Assembly: GCA_963804165.1 (NCBI GenBank)
Contig: CAWDPO010000023.1
Coordinates: 1-64,000, forward strand
DNA length: 64,000 nt
Reading direction: 5' to 3'
Source of the DNA: an uncultured delta proteobacterium
GTDB lineage: Bacteria > Desulfobacterota > Binatia > UBA9968
The notes under the pieces are model-generated. The model was not told the origin of the DNA, searched no databases, and saw only the letters and a list, made by a program, of their open reading frames with translations. The position numbers were made by a program, and so were the translations under genes. Position 1 is the first letter of the stretch. Each line of letters starts with the position of its first letter. This document shows, in pieces, positions 51,335-61,368 of the stretch.

Positions 51335-53512
51335 CTAGAGCATTCCCATCGCCCTCAAAATCGTCACCTGTGGCAGCACCGGCACAAAGCCCGATCCGCC
51401 AAAGCCCAACGCGGGGGTGAAAAACCCCGGGCGTCGATCCCACGACAAACCAGTTTCCCGTGCTTCGCTGATACACCGCCACATCGGTCTTCCCATCGCC
51501 GTCATAGTCTCCTGCCACGGGAGTAAATCCAGCTCCACCGAAGTTTAATACCTGCAGAAACCCAGACGTCGATCCCAGCGCAAACCAGTTCCCGTTGCTG
51601 CTCCGATATACCGCAGGATCTGTCTTTCCATCTCCGTCGTAATCTCCAGGCACGGGGATGAATCCGCTGCCGCCGAAGTTCAGCGCCGGAGTGAAAAACC
51701 CTGTGCTCGATCCCACGACAAACCAGTTACCGCTACTCATGTGATATACGGCTACGTCTGTCTCTCCATCTCCGTCATAGTCTCCCGGTACGGGGATGAA
51801 ACCTGCACCACCGAAGTTCAATGCTGGAGTGAAAAACCCCTGACTCGTTCCCACCACAAACCAATTGCCTGTACTTTGCTGATATACCGCAACATCGGTT
51901 TTCCCGTCGCCGTCATAGTCGCCCGGTACAGGGATAAATCCTGCGCCGCCAAAGTTCAGAACCTGAAAAAACCCAGAGGTCGACCCCACGATAAACCAGT
52001 TCCCCGTGCTCTGTTGATAGACCGCGACATCGGTCTCTCCATCTCCGTCATAGTCTTTCGGCACAGGAAGAAAACTCGGTCCCCCAAAGTTTAACTGTTG
52101 ATCAAATCCCGCCGCGGACTGAACAAAGAACCAGTTGCCGGAACTTGTCTGATACACCGCCACGTCGGTCTTGATGTCGCTATCCAAATCCACCGTCGCG
52201 GTGGTTCCGCTGCCAAACTCTACTGCACCAATGTCGCAGCGCACCGTGCCGTTGTTATCGCCGTCGACCGTTCGGGAAAAGCCTCTCTGGTCTCGCCCAA
52301 TGAGGGCACCAAGATTATCTCTACATCCACTGGGATTTCCTGCGTCGATCGCCGGACTGCCAGGTAGCGGGGCATGCGTCTGCGTCGGTCCACCGTTGTT
52401 TTGAAGATCCCCCAGTAAGGGATCGGCAAATGTAACCCCGCCACCGTTCACCGTGCAAGTAAGACCCCGTATCAGGTTAAATCCATTTGAATTGATCGTC
52501 CCCGTGCAGTCGTCGGGGAGTACCACCACCCCCTGTCGCGAATTTCCTGCGAGAATGGTGTTTTGGAAATTGAAACTCCCTCCCGCCTCCACATACACGC
52601 CTCCACCAGAACCAGCCCCGTTTAGTGCAATCGTTGAGTTAAATGAATTTGCCGTGAAAGAATTGACGTTGATGCCGCCGCCATTACCGATGGCGCTATT
52701 GCCGCTCACCGTGCTGTTGATTAGTCTTAATGTGATTTCTGTGTTGTAGATGCCGCCACCATCTAAGCCGGCGTCATTGCCGCTCACTGTGCTGTTGATC
52801 AGTGTCGATTGCCGCCGCTGGCGGCGTAAATACCGCCGCCATCGAAACTGGCGCTGTTGCCGCTCACTGTGCTATTGATCAGTGCCACTGTGACGCCGCT
52901 GTTGTGGAACATGCCACCGCCACGATCGCTGGCGCTGTTGCTGCTCACCGTGCTGTTGATCAGCGTCAGGTTACCCCCTAAAGCGCGGATGCCGCCGCCT
53001 AAGCGGGCGCTGTTGCCGCTCACCGTGCTGTTAGTCAGAGTCAATGCGCCATCGCTGTTAGAGATACCACCGCCGCTCCCACTTGCGCGTCCTCCATTAC
53101 GAATGCTGACTCCGCTGATGTTTACAGTGGCATCTGCTATAGCCAAGACTCCGCTCTCAGGACGAACGGCCTTGTTCCCATCGATGATGGTCGCGGACGC
53201 GCCGCCGCCGGTGATCGTTAGATCGTCAGTGATAGTCAGCTGGACAGCGCTGGTCAGAAGGTAAGCGCTGGGGGCCGGCAGTGCCGGCAGAGCGATCTGG
53301 TCCGCCCCGGCCAAGGCGTTGGCCTCTTCTATAGCCGCCCGCAGCGTGCACACGCCGCCGGGTGTGCTACAGATTCCATTGCCGGGATTCGCATCCGATA
53401 CGTCCGATGGACTGTTTACGGTGAAGGTTGCCGCCTGGACGTATCCTGTAACCAACCAGAAAACAAAAACGCCCATGCGTTTCAGAATCCGGAGGCTTCG
53501 TTCCGTACCCAC
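51335..53512 (-). CDS. CSLREA / choice-of-anchor Q secreted protein with six FG-GAP-like repeats and tail PVLPQVTILRAMGML; two frameshifts
   Basis: ORFs 52799..53512, 51234..52787 and 51335..51538; CTLRAAIEEAN and NNGGPTQTH...CDIGAVE. Confidence 0.85.
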
Positions 53513-53580
53513 TGTCGTCCTCCTTGTTGTCTCTTCTGGTGTTGCCGAGAACGGCAGAGCACAGAAAAAATTGTAGGCGG

Positions 53581-53609
53581 TGTATAGTACTGGAAGGTTC
53601 CCTTGTCAA
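53581..53609 (-). promoter_or_regulatory. Sigma70-like promoter, copy 3
   Basis: TTGACA-17 bp-TATACA with the same leader. Confidence 0.7.
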
Positions 53610-53615
53610 ACGGCG

Positions 53616-53658
53616 GCAGGTTTAGGTCGAGGTGTAAGCTCAGCCTAACTTCACCCTC
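53616..53658. repeat. Hexamer-armed element, short copy D (arms only)
   Basis: gcaggtttaggtcgaggtgtaagctcagcctaacttcaccctc. Confidence 0.65.
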
Positions 53659-55746
53659 TTACAGCAGCCCCATCGCTCTCAAGATCGTCACCTGCGGCAG
53701 CACGGGGATAAATCCCGAGTTGCCGAAGCCTAGCGCTGGAGTGAAAAATCCACTTGTCGTTCCCACCACGAACCAGTTCCCCGTGCTGCTCTGATAAACT
53801 GCTGCGTCGGTCTTTCCATCACCGTCGTAGTCTCCTGCCACGGGGGTAAATCCAGCGCCGCCAAAATTTAAGACCTGGTGAAATCCAGAGGTCGAGCGTA
53901 GTGCAAACCAATTCCCGTTGCTGCTCCGGTATACCCCAGGGTCTACTTTTCCATCCCCGTCGTAGTCTCCCGGTACCGGAAGGAATCCGCTTCCACCAAA
54001 GTTCAGCGCCGGGGAAAAAAAGCCCTGTGTGGATCCCACGACAAACCAATTCCCAGTGCTCGTCTGATACACCGCTACATCGGTCTTGCCGTCGTCATCG
54101 TAGTCTCCAGGCACTGGAATAAATCCTGCTCCGCCGAAGTTTAACGCTGGAGTGAAAAACCCACTTGTCGTTCCCACCACGAACCAATTTCCCGTACTTT
54201 GTTGATACACCGCTACATCGGCTTCTCCATCTCCGTCATAGTCTCCCGGCACCGGAAGGAAACCTGCCCCGCCGAAGTTCAATGCCGGCGTGAAAAGCCC
54301 TGACGTCGATCCCACTACAAACCAATTCCCCGTGCTCTGTTGATACACGCCTACATCGGTCTCTCCATCTCCGTCATAATCCCCCGGCACCGGCAGATAT
54401 CCCGATCCGCCAAAATTCAACGCGGGTGTAAAAAGCCCGGACGCCGATCCCGCCACAAACCAATTGCCGTTGCTACTCTGGTACACCGCCGGATCTGTCG
54501 GAATGTCACCGTCAAAGTCCGCCGTGAGCTGGACGCGTGTGACGACGAAAATTCTCCCTTGGCCAAATGAAAGCACATAAAGCAAGCCATCGGGCCCAAC
54601 TTTGATGTCCGTGATCCCACCAAAACCAGTGCCAAAGATCACCTCTTGAAGCTCGGTTGCATTGTCGGCGACCAAATCCGCAAGGTCTGCATTGCTAAAA
54701 TCAAAACCGTTACGAGCCGCATTGACCCTAAATCGATATAGGTTTCCGTTATTGATGTCGCCGACAAAGACGTCGTTTCGGTAGTCGACGCCCAATTTTG
54801 CCGAACTCAGAAATGCGATTGCCGTCGGCCCAATCGTTTCTAGCCAGGAAAACTTTGGGTCAGCATAGTGATCGCTACCGCCAATCTGGAAGAGGTCGCC
54901 TACTCCTTGGGGATCACGGGAATCAGGCCCCATGATTTGTTCCCAGCCGCTATTGAAGCCCGGATTGACTAGATTGATTTCGTCATAACTGTTCGGACTA
55001 TTCTCCGTATCCCAGAGTTTTCCGGTGAGCGGATCGAAGCCCAAGCCGAAGCTATTTCGAATCCCGTATGCGTAGTATTTGGCCAGGTTCCCGCCCAGGG
55101 CGAAGAACGGGTTGTCGCTCGGAATACTGCCGTCAGCATTGACCCGTAAGATAACGCCGGTGTCATCGGGAGCACCCGTGGAAAAATTCTGGAGTTGGCC
55201 GTTGCGGTTCAAATCGCCGATCACAACGTAGAGTTTGCCATCGGGACCGAAAGTGATTGTGCCGCCATTGTGACTCGGCCCATCCGTTACCGGCAAGTCC
55301 AGTATCAACGTCGGACTGGTGAGCGCGGCACCGTTCCAGGTATAGCGATACACCCGGTTTGCCAGCGGCGAACCTGTCGTGTCGCCGCTGGTGCTGCTCT
55401 GAGTGTAGTAGAGGTAAACAAAGGCTGTAGCGGGAAAGTTCGGATGGAGCGCGATGCCCAACAGTCCTCGCTCGGAAGCCTTGTCCACGGCTACATCGAG
55501 CACCTGACCGGCTTGAAGCATGCCGTCGATGACCCTCCGGACGTGCCCATCGTTTTTTTGTAAAACCAGAATATCGCCGGGTCCGATGAAAGCCATGGCC
55601 GTCGGCTGGCTCAATCCGGTCACAACTTCCCTCACGGTTAAGGCAGAATCCGAAACGATCGGAGCTGCGCCGGCGGCAGACACGATCACGACAACGAGGA
55701 CGTTGGCTAAAAAATGCACGAACCGCTTAAATGTTCCGGTCAGCAT
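53659..55746 (-). CDS. PQQ-dependent sugar (glucose/sorbosone) dehydrogenase-like protein with six FG-GAP-like repeats and tail
   Basis: ERGLLGIALHPNF, HNGGTITFGPDGKLYVVIGD, AYGIRNSFG and DEIN; ends PVLPQVTILRAMGLL. Confidence 0.9.
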   Translation of the reverse strand: MLTGTFKRFVHFLANVLVVVIVSAAGAAPIVSDSALTVREVVTGLSQPTAMAFIGPGDILVLQKNDGHVRRVIDGMLQAGQVLDVAVDKASERGLLGIALHPNFPATAFVYLYYTQSSTSGDTTGSPLANRVYRYTWNGAALTSPTLILDLPVTDGPSHNGGTITFGPDGKLYVVIGDLNRNGQLQNFSTGAPDDTGVILRVNADGSIPSDNPFFALGGNLAKYYAYGIRNSFGLGFDPLTGKLWDTENSPNSYDEINLVNPGFNSGWEQIMGPDSRDPQGVGDLFQIGGSDHYADPKFSWLETIGPTAIAFLSSAKLGVDYRNDVFVGDINNGNLYRFRVNAARNGFDFSNADLADLVADNATELQEVIFGTGFGGITDIKVGPDGLLYVLSFGQGRIFVVTRVQLTADFDGDIPTDPAVYQSSNGNWFVAGSASGLFTPALNFGGSGYLPVPGDYDGDGETDVGVYQQSTGNWFVVGSTSGLFTPALNFGGAGFLPVPGDYDGDGEADVAVYQQSTGNWFVVGTTSGFFTPALNFGGAGFIPVPGDYDDDGKTDVAVYQTSTGNWFVVGSTQGFFSPALNFGGSGFLPVPGDYDGDGKVDPGVYRSSNGNWFALRSTSGFHQVLNFGGAGFTPVAGDYDGDGKTDAAVYQSSTGNWFVVGTTSGFFTPALGFGNSGFIPVLPQVTILRAMGLL

Positions 55747-55892
55747 AGCTCACTGATCGCGGTTCGCACTGCGATAGATCTCACAACGCTAGCGGGTCTC
55801 TTGGACTTCGGATGGTGGGCAACGGTATCGTCATCTCGGGATACGTCTTCCTCCTCCTAAGCAAGGCGACTCTCATCCATACAACATCGACG

Positions 55893-57738
55893 TTACAGTA
55901 ATCCCAAGGCTCGTAAAATCGTGACTTGCGGCAGCACAGGAACAAACCCTGACCCGCCAAAGTTCAGCGCGGGGGAGAAAAGCCCCGCATTCGTTCCCAC
56001 CACAAACCAGTTGCCGGCGCTTTCCTGATACACCGCCCAGTCGGTCAACCGGTCGCCGTCGTAATCTCCAGGCACTGGAATATAGCCGCTCCCGCCAAAG
56101 CCCAATTGCTGGAAAAACCCTGACGTTGAGCCTACCGCAAACCAGTTCCCCGTGCTCTGTTGATACACTGCCGCATCCGTCTTTCCATCGCCGTCGTAGT
56201 CCCCGGGTACTGGAATGTATCCTGCGCCACCGAAGTTCAAAGCTGGAGTAAAAAAGCCCACGGTCGATCCCACCACAAACCAATTGCCAGTGCTACTTTG
56301 ATACACCGCGATATCCGTCTTTCCGTCCCCGTCATAGTCGCTCGGCACCGGAATGTAGCCGCTGCCGCCAAAGCTCAATACCTGGACAAACCCCAACGTA
56401 GACCTCACGATGAACCAGTTCCCCGTACTGCTTTGATACACTGCCGTGTCGGTCCTGCCGTCTCCGTCGTAGTCCCCGGGTACCGGAATGTACCCCGCTC
56501 CACCGAAGTTCAAAGCCGGAGTAAAAAAGCCCACGGTCGACCCCACCACAAACCAATTGCCAGTGCTACTTTGATATACCGCGACATCCGTCTTTCCGTC
56601 CCCGTCATAGTCGCCAGACACCGGAAGATATCCCGACCCGCCGAAGTTTATTGCCGGCGTGAAAAACCCCGATGTCGACCCCACCACAAACCAATTGCCG
56701 CTGCTAGTCTGGTACACAGCGACATCGGTCGCGCCATCCTCGTCGAAATCTGCAGCTGCAGGGCCAGGCGGCGCGAGCAACCACCCAAGGTCAGCAAATA
56801 GATCCAGCGTCAGCGCAAGGTCATGATTGGCCCCTGTATAAAATGGTTCCATTATCTCGTTGGGCGCCACGGCGGTATCAAAATGTGACACCGACGAGCC
56901 GGGTTGCTGCGGATTGGGTGCAAACATTTGCACGTGGCCGCTCGGATGAACTCCGGCGATCAAAGAACCGCTCGCGGCAACAACATTAGGCCCGGTCCAA
57001 TGAAGATTACCCGTGTTTTGGCTGGCGGTGACACGTTCCGCATCGGTCATCTGCGGATAAAGTTTACCGGTGCTGTGGTCTTCCAGATTACGCGAAAAAA
57101 TATCATCACGACCGAGATGAACTTTGCCCCGGATGTAGAGATCGACAAAAGATTGGAAGCCAAGCCCGTGGCCCAGCTCGTGCAAAACAACGCTCACGAA
57201 GTCCAACGCTCCCCCAGGCGGATTACCGTCAAGGCCATAGTACCAGACGAGTGGGAACGCACAGGTAGTGCCGATAGCGCTGTTGAATTCGGCGCCAATG
57301 TCACTAATACCAGGACTGAGGTCAGCACCGGCACGACTATTTGCCAGGGCCTGCGGATACCAAGTGTTCGCCAGAGGCGCGCCGGCGAAATCGCGATGGA
57401 CAGTTTTGGTACCGGCCGACCCAAGCGTGGCAGATGTGGAGGTGCAAGTTAAGGGATCAAAGTTGGCATCGACCCTAATTTCGACGGGACTCGACAAATA
57501 ATTTGCCCAAATATCTGCGGCGCGCTGAAAAGCGATAAGCCGCTGAGCGCCCAATGTGGTGCCGCCATTTCCGCCGGCAGCAGAGGCGGCATCCGGTGGG
57601 CTTGGATCATTGAATCCTTCATCCGGCTCCGTCGAGATTGACGACGGTGATGACGGCGCTGTGAGCAATGTCAGGATAAAAAATATGCGAGACAAGGAAG
57701 CCCAAGCTCGCAACGATGCAGAACACGATGTCTCGCAT
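55893..57738 (-). CDS. Secreted zinc metallopeptidase-like protein with six FG-GAP-like repeats and tail; N-terminal frameshift likely
   Basis: EGFNDP...GGTTLGAQRL, HELGHGLGF and GSSVSHFD...EIMEP; ends PVLPQVTILRALGLL. Confidence 0.85.
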
Positions 57739-57747
57739 GCGGCTCTC

Positions 57748-58170
57748 CTATTTGTTATCGTTTGCACCAGGCGCGGTAGACTTGTGCTCAAACCGCACCT
57801 TGCCATCGGCATCGATGGTGGCGCTCAAAGGCGTGCGGAATCTATCATCGAGTTCAATCATGACACCTCCACCGGGTACGGGGCTTAACGTTTCCTGAAG
57901 CGGTGGCGGATGCGGTTTGGCAGCCTCAGGAGGTGGCTGTTGAATTTGGCCAGGCGCCGGCGTTGACGGTGGAGTTATGATACGGCCGGTTTCGGGATCG
58001 ATGTGGACGATGATCCCCGGAGTTTTTTCTGAACGCTCGATCTGTTGGCCAGTCGCGCTTTGAGGGTCACTTATCTGCGGTTCCGAACTGACCTGTCCGA
58101 TGGAATGCGCGACACAACCATTTGTAAAAGTTGCGATCAGCACTCCGAGCCCAAGTTTATTGCGGATCAT
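57748..58170 (-). CDS. Small exported partner protein (post-PEP-CTERM-1-like domain)
   Basis: Signal/lipobox TNGC; GIIVHIDPETGRI...GGGVMIEL..RF.TPLSATIDADGKV; directly upstream of the peptidase. Confidence 0.55.
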   Translation of the reverse strand: MIRNKLGLGVLIATFTNGCVAHSIGQVSSEPQISDPQSATGQQIERSEKTPGIIVHIDPETGRIITPPSTPAPGQIQQPPPEAAKPHPPPLQETLSPVPGGGVMIELDDRFRTPLSATIDADGKVRFEHKSTAPGANDNK

Positions 58171-58389
58171 ATCGTCACCTCATCGGAATATTGCGTCTAC
58201 TATTACAAAGTTGTTTACGAGCGCCGGACACGTATTGTAGCAAACCATGCCGAAAATTGCTTTCGCAAATTTAAAAAGCAGGCCTAGTAAACAGGCGGTC
58301 GTCTCTCCACGACCTAGTGGTCTGCCCGTCGGACTAACACCCGACAGTTCCTTCGGGTTTGGGCGCAAATCTGATTGCTCAGCTTATGA

Positions 58390-59022
58390 AGCTATGTTAG
58401 CGTTTTTTAAGACCACCGTTCATTTCATAGACGGCGTGCTACAGCAATCTCCAATATGTCACTCACGAAAAGCTGCCCTAGTCATTGCCCACCCCGGCCA
58501 TGAGTTGCGAGTTTATCATTGGCTGGAGCAAGACCGTCCTGTTGTTTTCGTTCTGACCGGCGGCTCAGGTAGATCCGAGCAATCACGGCTTGAATCCACA
58601 ACAAATTGCTAGAGCGAGTCGACGCGCGTCCCGGTCACGTTTTTGGCCGATTCAGCGATAGCGCTCTTTATCAGTCGATTCTCAGACAGGACATCGGCCT
58701 TTTCACCCAAATCATCGAGGATTTAGTCGAATCAGCCGCCGGAGGCCAAATCGATTTCCTCGCGGGAGACGCCATCGAAGGATATAACCCCGCCCACGAT
58801 ATTTGTCGTCTTGTGATTAACGCAGCGGTGGAAATACTCAGGCGCCGGCATAACTACTCTTTAGCGAATTTCGACTTTCTCCTCGTCGGCCCGCCGGACG
58901 CTTGTGCTTCGCATCTCCGGGATGGAGCCCACTGGCTACATCTGAATGACGAGGATTTCAAACGAAACCTCCGTGTTGCGCACGACGATAAGAGCCGCCG
59001 CCGGGCCGACGCGCCCCACTGA
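58390..59022 (+). pseudogene. PIG-L/LmbE-like protein, frameshifted and truncated
   Basis: AALVIAHPGHELRV...VFVLTGGSG and DAIEGYNPAHDICR. Confidence 0.5.
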
Positions 59023-59041
59023 ACCAGATTGATCTCTTCCG

Positions 59042-59800
59042 CTATGCGTGACCGGATGCGAGCATCTTGTGGTAGTGGTTCATCGCTTCCTGAGCGCCTC
59101 CCAAAAAAGCTAATGAGCCGTGATCGAGCACGCAGGCGCGATTGCAAATTTTTATGACTGTCTCCGCGCTGTGCGACACGAAGATGATCGTCTTGCCCTG
59201 CCCTCGGAATGCTTCGATCTGCTTGGTGCACTTTCGCTGAAAAGCCTCATCGCCCACGGCCAACACTTCATCGATAAGAAAAATGTCGGGATTGAGATGG
59301 ACCGCCAGGGCAAAGCCGAGCCGCGCGTACATCCCTGAAGAATAGTTTTTGATTGGTGTATCCATAAAGTTTTCCAGTTCCGAAAACTCGACGATGGCGC
59401 CGTAAATGTCCTGAATGTCCTTGCGCCCGAGACCATGAATCGAGGCACCGAGATAAATGTTCTCCCTGCCGGTCAACTCAGGATGAAATCCGACGCCCAA
59501 TTCAATCATCGTGCCTACTCGTGCGCCGGCTGGGAATTGCACTTTTCCCTCGGTCGGCGGATAGATGCCCGCGATAATCTTGAGCAGCGTGCTTTTACCC
59601 GAGCCATTTCGCCCGATGAGACCAAAGGCTTCTCCCGGAACCACGTTGAAGCTCACGTTTCGTACGGCCCACAGTGTTTCCGTCTGCTCGCGATAACGCG
59701 GGTTGAAAAGGCCGATAAAGTCCGACTTTAACGAATTGGACTTGTTGTGCCGGAGCGTAAATGCTCGTGAAACGTTGGCGATCTGGAGCTCTCGTGACAC
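59042..59800 (-). CDS. wzt: Polysaccharide ABC transporter ATP-binding subunit, no C-terminal carbohydrate-binding domain
   Basis: GRNGSGKST, YSSGMYARLGFA and LIDEVLAVGDEAF; probable GTG start at 59800. Confidence 0.92.
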   Translation of the reverse strand: MSRELQIANVSRAFTLRHNKSNSLKSDFIGLFNPRYREQTETLWAVRNVSFNVVPGEAFGLIGRNGSGKSTLLKIIAGIYPPTEGKVQFPAGARVGTMIELGVGFHPELTGRENIYLGASIHGLGRKDIQDIYGAIVEFSELENFMDTPIKNYSSGMYARLGFALAVHLNPDIFLIDEVLAVGDEAFQRKCTKQIEAFRGQGKTIIFVSHSAETVIKICNRACVLDHGSLAFLGGAQEAMNHYHKMLASGHA

Positions 59801-59804
59801 GGCG

Positions 59805-60572
59805 CTAAACCTCTTCTGCAAATCGCGGTTTGTAGGCAGCGAAAATTCGATAGCCCGCTGCCAGCGAAACAAAGGCAATGACGGCGATCACGACCAATCG
59901 GTCGGGAGATGGAAAGCTGTTGCGGTAAAGAGCGTCCTGGTACGCCAAAATAAAGTAGGTGAGCGGATTCATGTAGAGAACACTTCTCAACGCGACGGGC
60001 GCGATCTCGATGTCATAGACAATCGGCGTCAGCCAGAAGAGGAGCATTAGGAGAATCTCGGTGAAATGGCGAGTGTCGCGATAGAAAACGGTCGCGGTGG
60101 AAATGATGAAGCACAGGCCCAGGGTAAAGAGAATTTGCAGTGTCAAAATAGGAATAAAGTTGAGCCATGCCGGCCCGACGGGAGCGGCGAAGAAAAACAG
60201 CGCCATCGGAAAAAAAACGATCAAAGCCAACAAAAATTGGGCCAGATTGAACAAAACCGTGGCCAGGGGAAACACTTCCATCGGCAGCGCGACTTTGCGG
60301 ATCAATCCGCCATTGTCCAGAATCGAGCCGGTCGACATGATCAGCGACTGGGCAAAGAAATTCCACGGCAGGATTCCAATCATGATGAAATAGGCAAAAT
60401 TGGGCGGGCCGCTACGCAGCATGTGGCCAAAGACAAAACTGTATACAAGAATGAGCAACAGCGGATTCGCCAGCGACCAGACAAAACCCAGTACTGAATC
60501 CCGGTATTTCAGCTTCAGGTCTTTGATGACGAGATTTCTGATCAATTCACGATATCGCAATAAAGCGTGCAT
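59805..60572 (-). CDS. wzm: Polysaccharide ABC transporter permease
   Basis: DLKLKYRDSVLGFVWSLANPL, FWLTPIVY and MNPL; about six TM segments. Confidence 0.93.
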   Translation of the reverse strand: MHALLRYRELIRNLVIKDLKLKYRDSVLGFVWSLANPLLLILVYSFVFGHMLRSGPPNFAYFIMIGILPWNFFAQSLIMSTGSILDNGGLIRKVALPMEVFPLATVLFNLAQFLLALIVFFPMALFFFAAPVGPAWLNFIPILTLQILFTLGLCFIISTATVFYRDTRHFTEILLMLLFWLTPIVYDIEIAPVALRSVLYMNPLTYFILAYQDALYRNSFPSPDRLVVIAVIAFVSLAAGYRIFAAYKPRFAEEV

Positions 60573-60813
60573 AGGACCTACAGCTTGAGATCAGGGACGG
60601 CGACGGAAAACTAGTTTGCGATATGAAAATTTCGAGTCTATCGTCTGCGCTTTTGGACCGATAGTTGTCCTCGACCGCTAACTTTCATTCCACGCAATGG
60701 ACGGCGTGTATCCTTCCAACTTAGCATGGCCCGCCGCGGCTCGTCCATGTCGGGAAGACAAAAGTCTTTGACGAGGAAAGCCTAGAAACAAGTGGTCGTT
60801 TGCTGGCGCTCTC

Positions 60814-61368
60814 CTAGTCGGCTTGGGAAAAGCGCCGGAGGATCGCGGCCGCGGCAGATAAGTCTTGGACGACGAAATCAGCGGTAGTAGTCTCTTCAAA
60901 TTGCGCTCCGTAGCCGGTGCGCACCAGAAATGTCATGGCACTCGCCCTTCGACCCATATCGATGTCGCTATCTTTATCGCCGATGACGATGCTGTTCTCG
61001 GGCCGGAAGCCTAGTTCCGCCGCAGCCTGCTGCAAAAGAGCGAGCCGGGGTTTACGACAGGCGCAATGATCTTCGGGTCTGTGCGGACAAACATAGATAC
61101 CATCGAGACGAACACGTTCTTGTTCAAGCAACCGATGAAGACATTCGTGCACGCGGCACAATTGGCTTTGGTCAAAAAAGCCACGGCCGACTCCAGATTG
61201 GTTGGTAATCACGACTAGTCCAAACCCCAACTCTCTGAGCTCGCGCAAAGCGCGTGCGGCACCATCAATTAGCGTCACGTCCTCTGGCCGGGATAAATAT
61301 TCACGCTCCTCGATGATTGTCCCGTCCCGGTCGAGCACAATGAAGCGGCGTTCTTGACTTCGGCTCAT
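60814..61368 (-). CDS. gmhB: D-glycero-D-manno-heptose 1,7-bisphosphate phosphatase
   Basis: LDRDGTI, ITNQSGVGRG, CPH...CACRKP and IGDKDSD. Confidence 0.92.
   Translation of the reverse strand: MSRSQERRFIVLDRDGTIIEEREYLSRPEDVTLIDGAARALRELRELGFGLVVITNQSGVGRGFFDQSQLCRVHECLHRLLEQERVRLDGIYVCPHRPEDHCACRKPRLALLQQAAAELGFRPENSIVIGDKDSDIDMGRRASAMTFLVRTGYGAQFEETTTADFVVQDLSAAAAILRRFSQAD

Noticed and set aside
51234-51430. Alternative C-terminus of ORF 51234..52787 lacking the tail
   Set aside because: An indel near 51420-51432 shifts the frame; the tail is present in ORF 51335..51538.
46548-56750. ~135-bp periodic DNA repeats as a CRISPR array or DGR template/variable repeats
   Set aside because: They are in-frame coding repeats differing mainly at synonymous sites. 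There are no unique spacers, cas genes or reverse transcriptase in the window, and no obvious adenine-specific variation.
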